Shown one piece after another: positions 25,501-39,200 of a DNA stretch of 64,000 bases (position 1 is the first letter of the stretch; each line of letters starts with the position of its first letter). This DNA comes from Ascidiella aspersa. Its lineage: Eukaryota. The stretch spans positions 7,750,001-7,814,000 of the forward strand of contig OZ004608.1 in assembly GCA_963924565.1 (NCBI GenBank), read 5' to 3'. Below the pieces are notes generated by a model. That model saw nothing but the letters and a program-made list of their open reading frames with translations, was not told the DNA's origin and searched no databases. The translations under genes and the position numbers were made by a program.

Positions 25501-25671
25501 ATCGGGATAGCTTACGAAAATATGTCGAAGTATGAACTTGCGGCAACTTATTACAAGAAAGCAATCGAAAGGTATAAAAAATGTTCGGAATACACGGATG
25601 AGGATGAAAGACAGCAGTATATAGAGTTTAGTGAAAGCGTCCTTAGGGGCGTTCAAAACAAGTTACTCTGA
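16525..25671 (+). CDS. RIPK/IRAK-like non-RD Ser/Thr kinase with C-terminal TPR-like domain, paralog B, 6-7 exons, ~658-689 aa
   Basis: Exons 16525-16554 (MSLSMATAEQ, least certain), 17044-17216, 21225-22099, 22436-22528, 24130-24222 (duplicate of the previous exon), 24567-24629, 24929-25671; GT-AG, frame continuous; same motifs as paralog A. Confidence 0.85.
20078..20996. mobile_element. Non-autonomous hAT (Charlie-like) element in intron 2 of paralog B
   Basis: TIR CAGTGGTCGGCAAACT / AGTTTGCCTACCACTG; imperfect TSD ATCTACTG / GCCTACTG; subterminal GGGCCGC motifs. Confidence 0.8.
22817..23419. mobile_element. Internally deleted Tc1/mariner-type element plus an inverted second left end
   Basis: TIR CAGGGTGGGCCGGAAAAACCTACCACATTTC at 22817; inverted copies end at 23195 and 23419 (followed by TA). 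Relic transposase ends MAWTGEHRAFIVEDFVRNGES and GRHLQDVK. The homologous intron of paralog A (~11395) is an empty TA site. Confidence 0.75.
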
Positions 25672-27292
25672 CGATGACGTAATTCAAGTTTTAAACTTCA
25701 GCGTTCAAACACCGCATGGTTTTGTATGTTTATAATTGTGTTACAACAAACAACTTTTTAATTTTCATGCCAAATTAAATATTAACATGTTCAAAGTACT
25801 GTTGTGATATTTTTGCAGCCGATTTTACGAAAACCTAATTTGTATTTTGTCGTTTGTTAAAATAGTGTACATTAGTGTAACTCACATAAAACGATTTCAA
25901 CATCGCCAACAGAAAAATGTAAACTAAATTATTCACCATTTTTTTTACTAAATGTTGTTTCGCAAATTGGCCTTCGAAATTAGTAACGCAACATGTTTCA
26001 AATTATATGGGTCTGTTGTTTTTATCTTTGATCTATACAATACAAAAAATAACGCGAACTATTTCTAATGTTGATTTTAACACAACGAAACAGATTTAAC
26101 GTCGTCGCCTTATATACAGAGTATTGATTCATCGTGTATTTAATAACATACGTCGCCTGTATGTATGCTGATGCTAGATATTTATTTTGGGAATAATTTA
26201 CTGCGATACGATTCGATAAGAAATGACGTCGTACTATCGTGAACTTAGCATAGCTTCGAGCCGATATTATCGGACACGCGTCATCAGTACTTCGTAACCA
26301 CGAACCATGTCGAGTTTGAAACGGATAAACTCATTTATGGGCCTCGCGTTACTTTAACATTTATTAGAAAAAACTTCGGATGCACAAAACCAATCCATTT
26401 TGTTTTTAATTTCTTTAATTACTTTCTATTTATAAGTTTCTGTTTTTCGGTAAACTGCTTTTCATTTTAGTATTCATGCTAACGCAAAGTTTTGTGATTA
26501 GTTGTACAACGAAATCAACGAAATCAACGTAATCTGCGTATGGCAGTTTTCCAGTTTGCAAAAACGTCGGACCCAAGTCGTCACGTGATACTTGAACAAC
26601 ACCCACACATGCCCCTATACAACAGGTTACACAAAGAGGATATGTAAATTTGTAAACGCCTCTGCCTGACGTTTGATTAATTCGCCCATACACGTTCTGC
26701 CGTGCGTATAAAGCACGTTAGTCTTTCGTGCCATCATGTTTACACCAAAGTTTCGCTGGGCTGAGCGTTGCACAGTTGACAAAGATATAGGAATGAACGT
26801 TAATTCTAAGTTGAGAAGTAGCAATTTCAAGAACAAGTTAGCAATTTTGAACTAATAAAAGACCCCAAAATAGTATGCCGCAGCTGTGATTGGGTTAAGT
26901 TTGTTGACGCTTATATGACGTACGCCACTTTTCGCCTAATCTAACAAAAGCTTAAACTTTCTATGGTCACACTTTGCATGGTTACACTTATTACCGGCGA
27001 CTTTGAATTATTCTTCCTTGATGATGAACTTCAAATGAGTAAAACGATATTATCAAAAATAGTTTCGTCACATTCTTTATAAGCGAGGCTTGGATTCATT
27101 TCTTTGTCTTTTAAGTAGGCGCTAACTATATTATGTAAGCAGAGATTTGTTTTGAATTATTTTAAAAAATCGCTCTAATTATTTGGGAGAGCGTTTTGGT
27201 TATTCGAAACACCTTGAACACAATGATTCTGTTCCACTGTTTACAGAAAAAACATAGATGTTTAGCTTAGATGCCAAGTATAAGCGACAAAA

Positions 27293-30200
27293 ATGACTGC
27301 AAACTTTTGGCTTGCTGCAGTGACGGCGATGATACTGTGTGCTGTTTGTACTGGAATACCAGGTAAACACAAGTTTAAATCCTAATTTAAAGACCGATGC
27401 TTTCGCCCAATTTGAACTAAAATTTGCGTCGGTTAGTTATGCGCATAATTTGAGGTGGGATACGTGGGGTTGCAAAATTTTAAACCCGGAAAATACAAGC
27501 GCTCCAGTTTTTCAAAAATTTATTCAAATTGTTTAAAGCTGGGTAAGCATCATGCAATGTTAGTTCCGGACATTTGAAAAATACCATTGTGGCGAGGGAG
27601 ATATTTCAATTTAAAATTTGAGCACATTTTGATCAGTACATTTTACATTTGTGGCTGCATACACGCTTTTAAACGTTCGTATTTTCGCACTAGGCAAAGC
27701 AATGTAAGCCCCTCTTGCTCTTTTTGTGCATTGTATCTTAACTAAGATTTTCGCCGGGTTTTTCTGAACGGTTTTAGCTTCATGATTGCCGAAAAAAATT
27801 TGTACAAAAATTAAAAGGAATATTTAAACGAAATGATCTTGATTTAGCAAATACGACAATAAATATATTTTTTCAATGCATAGTTTACTATAGTTTTACT
27901 ATGCATTACAGCTATTTTTCAAACATTCGTTGCATTGCAATTACAAAAATCGCCGTATACCTTTGCGCACGAATTCACTCGACAACAAAAACTGTTTTAA
28001 GGTTATTTTATAAACCTTATAACGTTATTGTGTGACGTCATCCCAAAAAAAATTCCGGATCCACGCCGGGTAGATTCTGTTAAACTCCAATTTTGTTTGG
28101 GTTTTTGATCAATTTAATCTTATGGAGTCGTAGAGATGGAATTGCAATGTTGCCCAAATGAGCAAAAAAATTACAATAAAACTGAAATAAACAGCATCAC
28201 GCAATTAGCCCATGTAGCCAATCGAGTTTTTTGTCGGCGGCGTTTCAAGCTGCAGCACAATTCCCGCTTTACATCGGACTATTATTACCAACAATCGTGC
28301 TATTGTAATTTTATAACTATAGCAGTGGTTACAGTTGCAGCAAAATCTCTTGTAAAATACAATTTCAGTTGACTGTTACACATTGATAGACGACACAATT
28401 TTTCGTTGCACGGTTAGACAACAAGTTACTTTATGCTTCAGGTATTCAGAGCAACGACCCATGCGACCTGCTTTTCAAATGCATGACGAAAGAAAATATA
28501 TTCCCGCCAAGAGCAATTTCATCTTACAGGAGTTTTAAACAAAGAAATGCTCTCAGAGGTGACCATAGTTGCGTAAAAGCATATACACTTTAATGGTTTA
28601 TCCTTGAAAGTAATGAACCCGGCAAGAAGAATGCAGTGCATTTTTTTCTGGTTAAGGAATGATTATATAATCAGTCATGGTTGAAATGTTTAATAAGAAT
28701 TTGTGAAAATTTGTCATTAATTTTATTAATATTTCTAAATGTAAAACAATTGAAAATGCACGTTGTCCTTTTAATCTACTAAAAAACAATAAAATCTTTT
28801 TTCAATTGATATGTAATAACTTACCTGTAATCTGCCGAAATTAGCTCTAGGATTGGCGTACGTCAAAAAATCTGGGAATAAGAATGTATTCCCACGTCAG
28901 TATTGTTAAGTCTACAAAAATGTTTAAAAAAATTCTGAATTCAGGTTTTTCGGCGACAGCTATGGATCTGCGATTGTGTGCCACTGTCTTTAGAGACCTG
29001 ATGCAAGACTTCGCAAGATACGACCCACGTAAGTTACCCTGGATTATATCCCTGCGTTTGTGATCTATATGCGTAGCTCAGTCTAACGGACCAGATTGAA
29101 ACGTAAAAATGTGATATTTTTGAGGTAATTAAGGATAAATCTGTATTAGCGTCAGGAACCATATTTAACTCCTTATTTAAGATATTTTTTCTGAGAAATT
29201 ACCTATTCCGTCAAAAAACTCTTTGTTTTATTACAAAACTGTAACTTAATGCACAAAATAATTTGGTTTCGGATCAGCACCTATTCCAGTCGATAGAATC
29301 GGAGGAGTACCAATACTATTAATTATATCGCATTTCTACTCCAATTCAATATTATTGGACATCCCTAAAGCTACCTCCTAATCCCCCCACCCACGGCAAC
29401 GCCAAACGCCAAGTGTTCGACCAACGAAAAGAGGTCCTATACGCACATCCCAAGTCAATGAGGTACGCTTCGTAGACGGACAGCTTTTGTTGGTGGCCGC
29501 CCGTCGCATGTTTACGTGAACGGGGCGGAAATCCAGCTGCGGTGCGAAAGGCAGCCAGCGGATGCCATCAATAAACTGCTGCCGTTGCTCGGATTCGATA
29601 CGCACGGTGTTTAGGCCAAAACAAAATACATATTTTTTAGTAAACATGAGTAGTAATGGCGTTTAGGCCCCAATCGTTAGGGTGTATTTTTTCTTGTCGA
29701 CATCCATGTATAGTTGGCGCGCTTAGGCCCAAACTACATTACGTTGTATTTTTTTTTTCTAAATAAACATGTATAGTTGGCGCGCTTAGGCCCAAACTAC
29801 ATTACGTTGTATTTTTTTTTCTAAATAAACATGTAGAATTGGGGCGCTTAGGCCCAAACTACATTACGTTGTATTTTTTTTTCTAAATAAACATGTAGAA
29901 TTGGGGCGCTTAGGCCCAAACTATACAGTAGGTTGTATTTTTTTTCTAAATAAACATGTAGAATTGGGGCGCTTAGGCCCAAACTATCCAGTAGGTTGTA
30001 TTTTTCTTCTAAAAAACATGTATAATTGGGGCGCTTAGGCCCAAACTAATAGGATGTATTTTTCTTCTGACAAACCTGTATAGTTGTGGCGGTCAGGTCG
30101 AAACTATAGGTTGTATTTGCATCTCGGTAGACTAGTAAATTGTGGCCTTTGTTTTGCTTGTTAAGCCGCTTTCCTTAGTTGTACGGTTGCAAGTTCGAGC

Positions 30201-33200
30201 GTACAAAACGCCCCTTGTGCATTCTGAAACTTTGTGCGCGTCTCGGCATTCTTACAAAAGTTTACTTCTTCAACCTCTCGAAAAAAACGTGACCTAATTC
30301 TTTAAGGCCAAGGTGAAATCATGAGTATGACCTTACCCCGATCGCCAACTGGACAATTAAAGCATTCTAACTGAAACGACTGTACGGTATCATCTAAAAA
30401 CTTTATAGCCTTTGGAATCAAGTAATTAGGTTGCCTGTTTCCCGAACGCCAAATCGATTTATAACCCAGCAAACCAGCATCATGGTTAACGTGGGCTCAG
30501 TATGTTCTCCTTTTATTTCCTGAAACAGTCCTCATATAATTTCCTAAAGAAAATCCGCCAAGCAATTGTATTTTCTCATTTCATATCGTAAAAGAAGTCC
30601 GCCAAACATTCCGAATGTCCTCCATTTTTATAAAACAAAGACGCGTGTAACTTGGCCATCGCCCTAATAACCCGCCCTCTTTTCGTATTTTACCAGGATT
30701 GCGCGCCACACATCGCCTCTATTACTTCCGTGACGACGCGTCGACTTTTCAAGAAGCCACAGCCTCGTGTTGCCAAGCCGGCGGAAAGCTGGCCATCTTC
30801 AGGAACGACGCCGAGTTTAATCGGATCCAGTGCGTAGCCACCCCCCGGCAAGGCGGACTACAGATGCACAGAGTGCAGTCCTCTTATATCGGTATGAGGT
30901 AGACTTATGCGCGTTTTGCTTTCGGTTCAACAAAAAAAAAATAAAAAAAACATAGTTTGATAAAACCAATGCCTTGTCGCGTTTTCCTTAAAGGTATTTA
31001 GACTTATTTAAGTTTCATCTTTGTTGGTCCTACAATAGCAGGTCTCATTAGCTAATTGTTTTATGACGTCACAATGTCATGCTGGCCCTGGTGCACGCGA
31101 ACAAAAGTGTTTTTTAGGGTCCGTGTTAAAAAAATAGTTAAATAACCCCAGCACTAAACAATCTTTGAACATTTGTTATAAATACGACTTTCTATGTTTT
31201 TCTTGGGCCTGAATCAACTTGGCCAGACGATTGAGAACGTTTTTGCGTTGCTTTTTCTTAACAGCAAACACTCTGGTTGATCGTAACAACCACGACAGCA
31301 CAGCAGACCATCAGCACAGCAAAATGTGCTTCGCGGTAACCACAGCGAGAAAGTGGCAAAACGTGGAATGCAACGTACCTCGGACATTTGTCTGCTACAT
31401 AGACGGTAAGCAGAAACTATGGTTTGAGCTTAATGTCATACAAACTTAATAACATAAATAACATTGCAGATGTTGAATTAAACATTGAAAATAGACAGCT
31501 GTGTCGATTCGGTGGAGAACAAAAGTTAAACTGCTATGTGTTGTGTGTATTAAATCTGCAGGCAAAACAGGTTAGTTTTTAATTTCAGCACTCTGGTCTT
31601 CTTTCAGTTTCTTCAGCGGGTTTCAACGAAACAACGAATTGCATCAGTAAAGCAGTCGTAGCTAAGACAACAGGAACAACAAGCACAATAACAACCAACA
31701 CGGCGACTCAAGAAACAACGACATTATCAACTACGGCAGCGGTAACCCCAAGTACAATAATAGCAAAAACAACAACAATAGCTACCACTATAGGTAAACA
31801 ACCAACGAAACCAACATCACAATTCACAGCAACAGAGAAAACAACAATAACAGCAGAGTCATCGCAAACCGCAACGGATTCATCCCCAGCTGCAACAGAA
31901 ACAGCATCCATATTGAAAAATACAGTTACAGCAGTCACCTCTGTAACAACAGAAACAGCAGCAGCAGCAGTAATCAGTTCCCAAAAAGATGGTCGGAAAA
32001 CGAAAGGATCACAGACAAGGACATATTCGAAGACAGCATCCACAGAGGAAACATTCAGTACATCTACATCTCCTACAAAGACAAACCTTGAATTAGGAGC
32101 GACAACTCTACCTTCGTCTAGCACCAAATCGCATTGGTCGACAACGGGTGCTACACAGGATGCTCTAGCTTTAACCGATAACCAGTTTCCAGTTGCGCTC
32201 GGCTTGACGCAATCGCTAGCGCCAAACACAACTGCAAAACCGCAGCCTACGAGCAAATCAGTTGCGACACGAATACACACAGAGGAAACATCGCAGACAG
32301 CGCATGCTTCTGCAACCGCTCATCGTACTACGACAGCAGCAATTAAAACAGCAGGGATGTCCACACATCAAGCGACCAGCACTGTACTCAAGTTTACCGG
32401 CGAAACAAAATCTTATAAGGGCCAAAAGATGGGAAGACTAATTCAAATGACTAGTTCAACTAGTACAGAAATATCGTCAACAACAACAACAAGTCCAACA
32501 ACTGCCAGTACCATTAACACACGTCGATTAGAAACACGTGTCAAACCGCAATGGACAATAGCAACACCAACAATCAAACATACAACTGCAAAACCTCCAG
32601 AAAACATAGCAACACCATCAACACGAACAAAAATTGTCAGAAAAGCAACAGCAAAAACAATTACATCAGCAACAACACAAAGAAATATTGAAAGAGCAAC
32701 AACATCAATAACAGCAACAAAAATGGCAAAAGGAACAACGCCAGAAAAAATTGAATTAGTAACACGTCCTGAAATGACCACAGCAATAAAACCAACCAAC
32801 ATGAAAACAGAAACAACATCAAGAAAACCAACGACAGCACAAATAACAGAATTGCCAAAACCTTTGCCATTAGTCGAAACACCAACGCCTGAAACAAAAA
32901 CCACAATTCAGCAGCCTCAACTAACAAAATCATTCAGAGAATTGTACCAGACCTTACCAACAACAAAAACTTCCACCAACACAAAATCAAAGATGGTGTC
33001 CGAAGTGCCAGCAACTGAAGTCGAAACGACAACGGAAAAACTTGTTGTTGTCCACTTTCGATTCCCGGCAAATGAAGGGAATGTCGACGTGGAGCCGGTT
33101 ATCCAAGAAACCGAACGGGCCGAGACTCGAGCGGAATTTCGGTTTCTATCGCCCGGCCATTCCGACGAGGTTTACGATTTTGAGGAGCCGCTGCCTTCCA

Positions 33201-36200
33201 ATCAATTTACAACACAACTTCCGACCAACATAACCGAAAGTAAGCACATGTGCATATGCAAAACTTAAGCTAATATCGAGGTTTTAGTGCTCGTGGTAGG
33301 TGGCTACTGATTAATTTAATGATTAAACTCTTGGTAAGACGTAATTAGAATATCAAAGCTCATACAGAAGTCATGTTGATAAAATGAATAAAGAGTTATT
33401 CGAAACGTTCAAAATAATACCTACTTCTGTATGGGCTTTGATATTCGTATTACGTCTTACTACAACCTCCAACCATGCTCCAAAACTCTTGGTAAATTTC
33501 AGACTTCTTAGTGACTTAGTTCCTACACAGCGATTTCATAGTAATTGTTGGTTGGATAAAAAGTTACATGTTTTACAAAGTCCGAAGTAAATTCCACTGT
33601 TGATAGGTATGTGGTAGACTTTAATGTAAAACTAAAGCTACTTATTGCAGCGTATATCCGGATGGTTTAATTATATGTAGAACAGACATCCAATCATCTA
33701 TGAGCTTTAATATTATTTCAATTTTAAACTAATTGGAATTTCTTGAAGCCAAAGTTTCTTAAGACGTTTAGTTTATATTGTTTAAAAAACGTACCTTTCA
33801 ATGTAGCAATCAGTATGTTGATTCGAAAACATTGGCTGAAACGAATTAATGTATACGATATCGGATCGGCACCGAAACCATTTTGGTGTCACACAAATAC
33901 CGATACTACCACTTAGCATCGGATAATGGCTCCGATCCGATATTATCGCACATTCCTTCTGCGAACTCATCCCTACTATATACTACGAAATATTAACGTT
34001 TGATAGTAGGTGCGAAAATACCCGTTAAGCTTTAACACAACTGTTTTTGTTTTAGATTTATCGAGTATCACATACAACTCCACCACGACGCCCGACAATA
34101 GTAATAGTATTAATAGCAGCAGCATTGCCAAAGGCAACCACAATAACATTACCAGCAGCTACAGCAACATTACCAGCAGCAACATTACCAATACCAACAG
34201 TAGCATTACCAACAACAAGAGGAACAACAACAACAGGAGCAGAAGCAATGATAGGGATGACACGCCTTCCACTCCGCTAATCTGGACAGCGAGCGCTAAC
34301 GACAGCTCCCCAGCTCTCAAGGAGATTTGCGACACGTCCCTGAGTCTCTGCGCGGCGCCAAAGCTTACAAAACTCTCGCTAATCACGATACAAGATCAGC
34401 AGGCGAGCGAAGATAAAGGAAGCGACCAATCCAAAGAGGATCTCCTCAAAAGGCCGTTGGTACGTTCTGGCGGCTCAGTTGTGCTTGGAGTTCAAGCTCC
34501 GGCAAACGAGACTGTCTACGTTGCTTTTACCAACGTTACACGACAACAGGCCAGCGTCTTTGCCAACGAGCCGCCGCCGCCTGTTGATAACCAAGTCCAA
34601 GTGGAAGCGCCTATCCCGGAGCTGATCACAGTCTCAACTGGATCCTCGGTGCCAGTTAACTACACGATCCGGGTGGAAAGAAACTCTGTCGACTTAGGAT
34701 CGCTCCTGGCAGGTAAAGGAAGGCGCGAGTGGGCTCCGGCCAATGTGAAAGTCACAGAGGCGAAAATGGTGTGCGTCTATTTGGACAAGAAGACAAAGAA
34801 GTAAGTAAACGGATGCCCTCTTGCTTTTAACGTTTTATTTGGCGTTTTAACGTATAATTTAGCGTGCAGCATGTTGGTTAATCAGCTTCCAAAACCCCCC
34901 TGCACTAGTACCAAGTGTTTTTATCTCATACATACTCTATTCTTTCAGAGATTTGCGGTTTTAAAGAATCTTTAGAAATGCAATAGTTAAAAGTGTAGAA
35001 CCGTTGCCAACCAGTGTGGTAACAAGTTTTGTTAAGTTATTTTGTTGTATTTGCGTGAAAAGGAAAACAAATTCTACTTAAAACTGTAGATAGTTTGATG
35101 TTTTTGCAACTCTAGGATTGTTTTTCATTTATTAAATAATGTAATTTAATCCATTATGAAATGTTTGCAATTAAAATATCTCCAGTTATCATTAAGGTGA
35201 AACATCAACGTTGGGATCAACAAACTATTTGCCAAAAACACATATGCAACGAAAAAGTTCAGGCGACACAAACCTTTTTCTTTCAAGATCACGTTTTTTG
35301 CAACAAGGTTTTATAGATGTATGGTGAACCAGCCATTATGTCATGAAACCACTGCACAAATTGTTGTTAACGTTATAAACAACCCGATCGCAGATTTTCG
35401 AGAGACGGCCTAAAAGCGATCAACCCCACGTCGAAGAACTACTACTGTGTCTCCAACCACACCACGATATTTGCCGCCATGCTGACCTTGAAGACGGTCC
35501 ACATTTCTGAGGGTGTTAAGGTATACGGCTGCTTGTCATTGGGTAATCATGCAAGGGACAGATGTTTTTCTTTGGACCATGTCCAGTCTGGAACATCTAG
35601 ACACATACTAGTAAAACTAAATTTTTGAATAATACATATGGGTGTAAAAATGTTTAGAGAATTGTCCAGTGATTTTTAGTACTTCGAGCCCTCAATAGGG
35701 TATTATTCATATAAGGGGGTCTCAATATAATTCATTCCAAGCACTGGAGTTCAGGATAAGAGGACAGTACACTCGTGTAGTTACACCGCAGTGCTACAAG
35801 AGTTTTGCAAATCAGCATTAGGGACGAATTCAAATTTAAATTCATCCCTAATTTACTCAAGGCGGAAAAATACGCAAAACAAATTAAAGGACTGTTAATA
35901 TTTTAGTTAATCAGAACAGAGGCTTCGACGGAACTTGTGGTACATGTACTTTAAACACCAAAACTTCAACCGTTTTAATAGATCACCTAAAAATACATAA
36001 TTAATGGTGATCAAACTTCCAAGTTTTAATATGTTTCTTCCAAACTGTATTTAATATATTTAATGAGTCATATATTTGATGGTATACTACCTAGAGTTTA
36101 TTGTTGTTTTAGTCGGCCATTCGTCACGCATTTCAAGTTTAATCGATTTTAAAATAATGCTACGCGAGTATCGGATGAGTACAGGTACTAATACTTGCTT

Positions 36201-39200
36201 TTGAAGTCGCAGGCCAGTATAGGACACGTGTTTTATGTTTTTGGCGTGTTTGATACCCCTGCTTTATTAGCTATTGACTTTGATCTGATATTAGAAGACA
36301 TCTAGGGTATTTTACGCTTTTCAGATCGCCAGCTACACCACCGAGGTCATTTCGGTGATTTCACTCGTATTCGCCGTTTTCGTGCTGACCAAGTTCCGCC
36401 GACGCCTGCAGTCCGACCGAACCGTTGTGCAGATAAACCTCTGCCTGGCCCTGCTCTTCTTCCACTTGATGGCGCTGTTGAGCGACCTGGCCCTGAACTT
36501 TGAGCGAACTTGTGAGATTGACGCGGTCTTCATCCAGTTCTTTCTTCTAAGCACAGGTTAGTTGTCTTTTAAAATGCTGGAAACAGTGTGGGTGTCAAAC
36601 ATTTAATTATCGCATCCCATTAATACCGAATTTTTTGAGCAATGCGGTCGGCCGCGGGGACCGCCGTTCCGATAGAATACCCATCGGGCTACTTGGAAAA
36701 ATAAAACTTTGTGTGAATTTAGCAGCCCCCGTTTTTGCAGCGCTGGGTGGTTTCTTGAGCCCAATTTTGCCTGCTTTGTATTGCGTGGGATAGCGTCGGC
36801 ATTCGTCTGGTGGACACCAAGCGGATGAGGGGCATTTTTAGCATAGTTTGTAATCTCGTGGTTAGATACAAGCTGTAGCACAATGCGAGGACTTAACTGT
36901 AGTACTGTCCGAAAAACGTCTTGCTCGAGAATGTGTAGTCATTCCTTATTCTAGCAGCTACTTCGAGGACCTTCTCCAGAACGAGTCTGCAGCAGCGCGT
37001 TAAAGTGATAGGCGTCAAATTTGAACAAAGTTATTTTTGGGAGTCGTTGTGTAGAAATACATTGTGTGTTCATTCGTGTTGTGGTGAAAATCGTACATCG
37101 CTTTGATCGCCTCTCAAAATGCATTTTGTATTACCTGTAGAAAATTAACAATTAAACTTCAAAACTAAACTTGCACCAGATTTTTTTTTATTAAAAACGA
37201 AACGCTTTTACCAGGCTTTAAACAATTTGACAAGAACAACCTAAGATAAAACTTTCAAATTTAAAACGCATAGGTTTTTTCTTGAAAATAGCGTGGCTTT
37301 TGACTTTAAAACAAGTTTCGAAAGTTGTTTCAACCGAAATTTCCTGAACTAAAAACAATCTTCGTGAACCGTTCACAATACTGTGCAAAATCGCCTTAAT
37401 CCTGTAACGAGCCCAAGAATCTCGCACACAAACCACGATAAACTCGATCATAACCTCGCCACCAACTCTATCATAATTTTCGAAATGACAGCGTTGAGGA
37501 TGCTTCTGGAAGGCGTCACGCTCTCGCGCAAGACCTTCGGCGACGCGTTGAAATCTTTTTCGCTAAATCTCAAATTTTGACCGGGTGCTGCTTTAGAACT
37601 TCTCCTGAAATATTCTTAGAAAATAGCCAATAAGCTTCACTGGCAAAGTTGTTCCTCTTAAATTTTCCACAAGTTGGGCAAAATAATTTTTCGCTGACAT
37701 CATCACCGATGACTTCAACGTTGAAATAAATTTTTATAAAAACAACTTTTAAACAAAATTTGCAGAAGTCTTAACTTTATGTTCGCTCTTCCTCAAAACG
37801 ACAGCGTTCTGGATGCTCCTGGAAGGCGTCACGCTCTCGCGCAAGACCTTCGGCGACGCGTTCCAGCTGGAAAAGTCGCGCGCCGAGACCTTGACCAAGC
37901 TGGCCGTGGGCTGGGGGATTCCCCTGGCCGTTGTGATCGGCTCGGTCGCTTTCGGCTTTGCTTACGACACGTACATGGCGCTCAATCCTGAGTTCGTGGT
38001 GATTCTGTACGGCCTGAGGTACTCAGAGTGTTGGATTGACAAGCGCTCGGCCTTGCTGCTTTGGGGCGTCGTGATACCGGTGGCTGCCACCCTGCTCGTG
38101 AACCTCGTGATCGTGATCAAGGTGAGTTCATGTGATGTGAAGATGTGTGGTGCTTTTTTTATCCGATACCGATAGTCGTTACTTTAAGCAGAATTAAGCA
38201 GACAGGCCGATCCAGTACTGATTAATGTAGATATAATGGTAAAACATGCAAAAGTAAATTCGATGAAACTAGCAACAGTAATTTTTTTCAGGTTTTAAGA
38301 CAAATTTCTGTTCGCGTTTGGAACCCCTTCTGTTGTAATAATTCATTATTTTCGGATATATTTCTTTTAAAGATATTGTAAATAAACCTAAATCTTTCAA
38401 ACATGTTGGAAATATTACTTTCAAACATTAAACATAAACATACATTGGAAACATTGCTGAGTAGTTATTGAAACAGATACGATAAGACATCGGAAATAAA
38501 AGCTGGAATAGATTTGAAACAAACATTAACACTTTGGTATTGAGGAAGAGTCCACAGGGACTTTGCTCGATAAAATCAGCTTTATTTAAAAGGGATTTAA
38601 AGTAAGGCTTTGCGAAACAAAAGGCCGTTTGGAAATATGACCAAAAGCTCACCTCAACTATAGCGTTATGGAACATTACTCGAACACAATATCGAAATCG
38701 CTCTGAAAAATGCTTCACTTTTGATAGAGACAGCAATTGCCCGCATGGCACTATTGGTCGGTCCACTCATGGGAAAGTGTTATTTATCGGTAATGTTCGG
38801 TTTAAAACAGTGGTTCTCAACTGGGGTGCCATTTCTAATGCTTAAGGGTTTAGAGAGATATTTAATAATCTTCAAGAATATGATTTTTGCTCCACTCTTA
38901 CCATTTTTGTGTAAGATTAGAGTTCAATAAATCCAATTGTAAATTCCTATACGATGTGTAGAATTAATGTACGTTGTTCCAGTTCCATTTATTGTGACAT
39001 TTCAGCAAATACTCAACGAAAAGTTCAGTCAGGGTACCGAAAATCTACTTATTATTTTTGAGGGGTGCCGTAAGCCATAAAAGGTTGAGAATCACTGTTT
39101 TAAAAACCATACAGCTTAGAACTTCCGTCAAAGGTTGGATGAGAAGTTGTCTTAAATGGCAATAAGCAAACAACAAACAACAGGGTATACTGCACAAGAC

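Noticed and set aside
29608-30120. Repeat-spacer array
   Set aside because: The whole ~62-bp unit repeats; there are no unique spacers.
31708-32933. Hydrophobic minus-strand ORFs, and the Asn-rich or Val-rich ORFs at 56053-56865
   Set aside because: Shadow frames of ACA-rich mucin exons.
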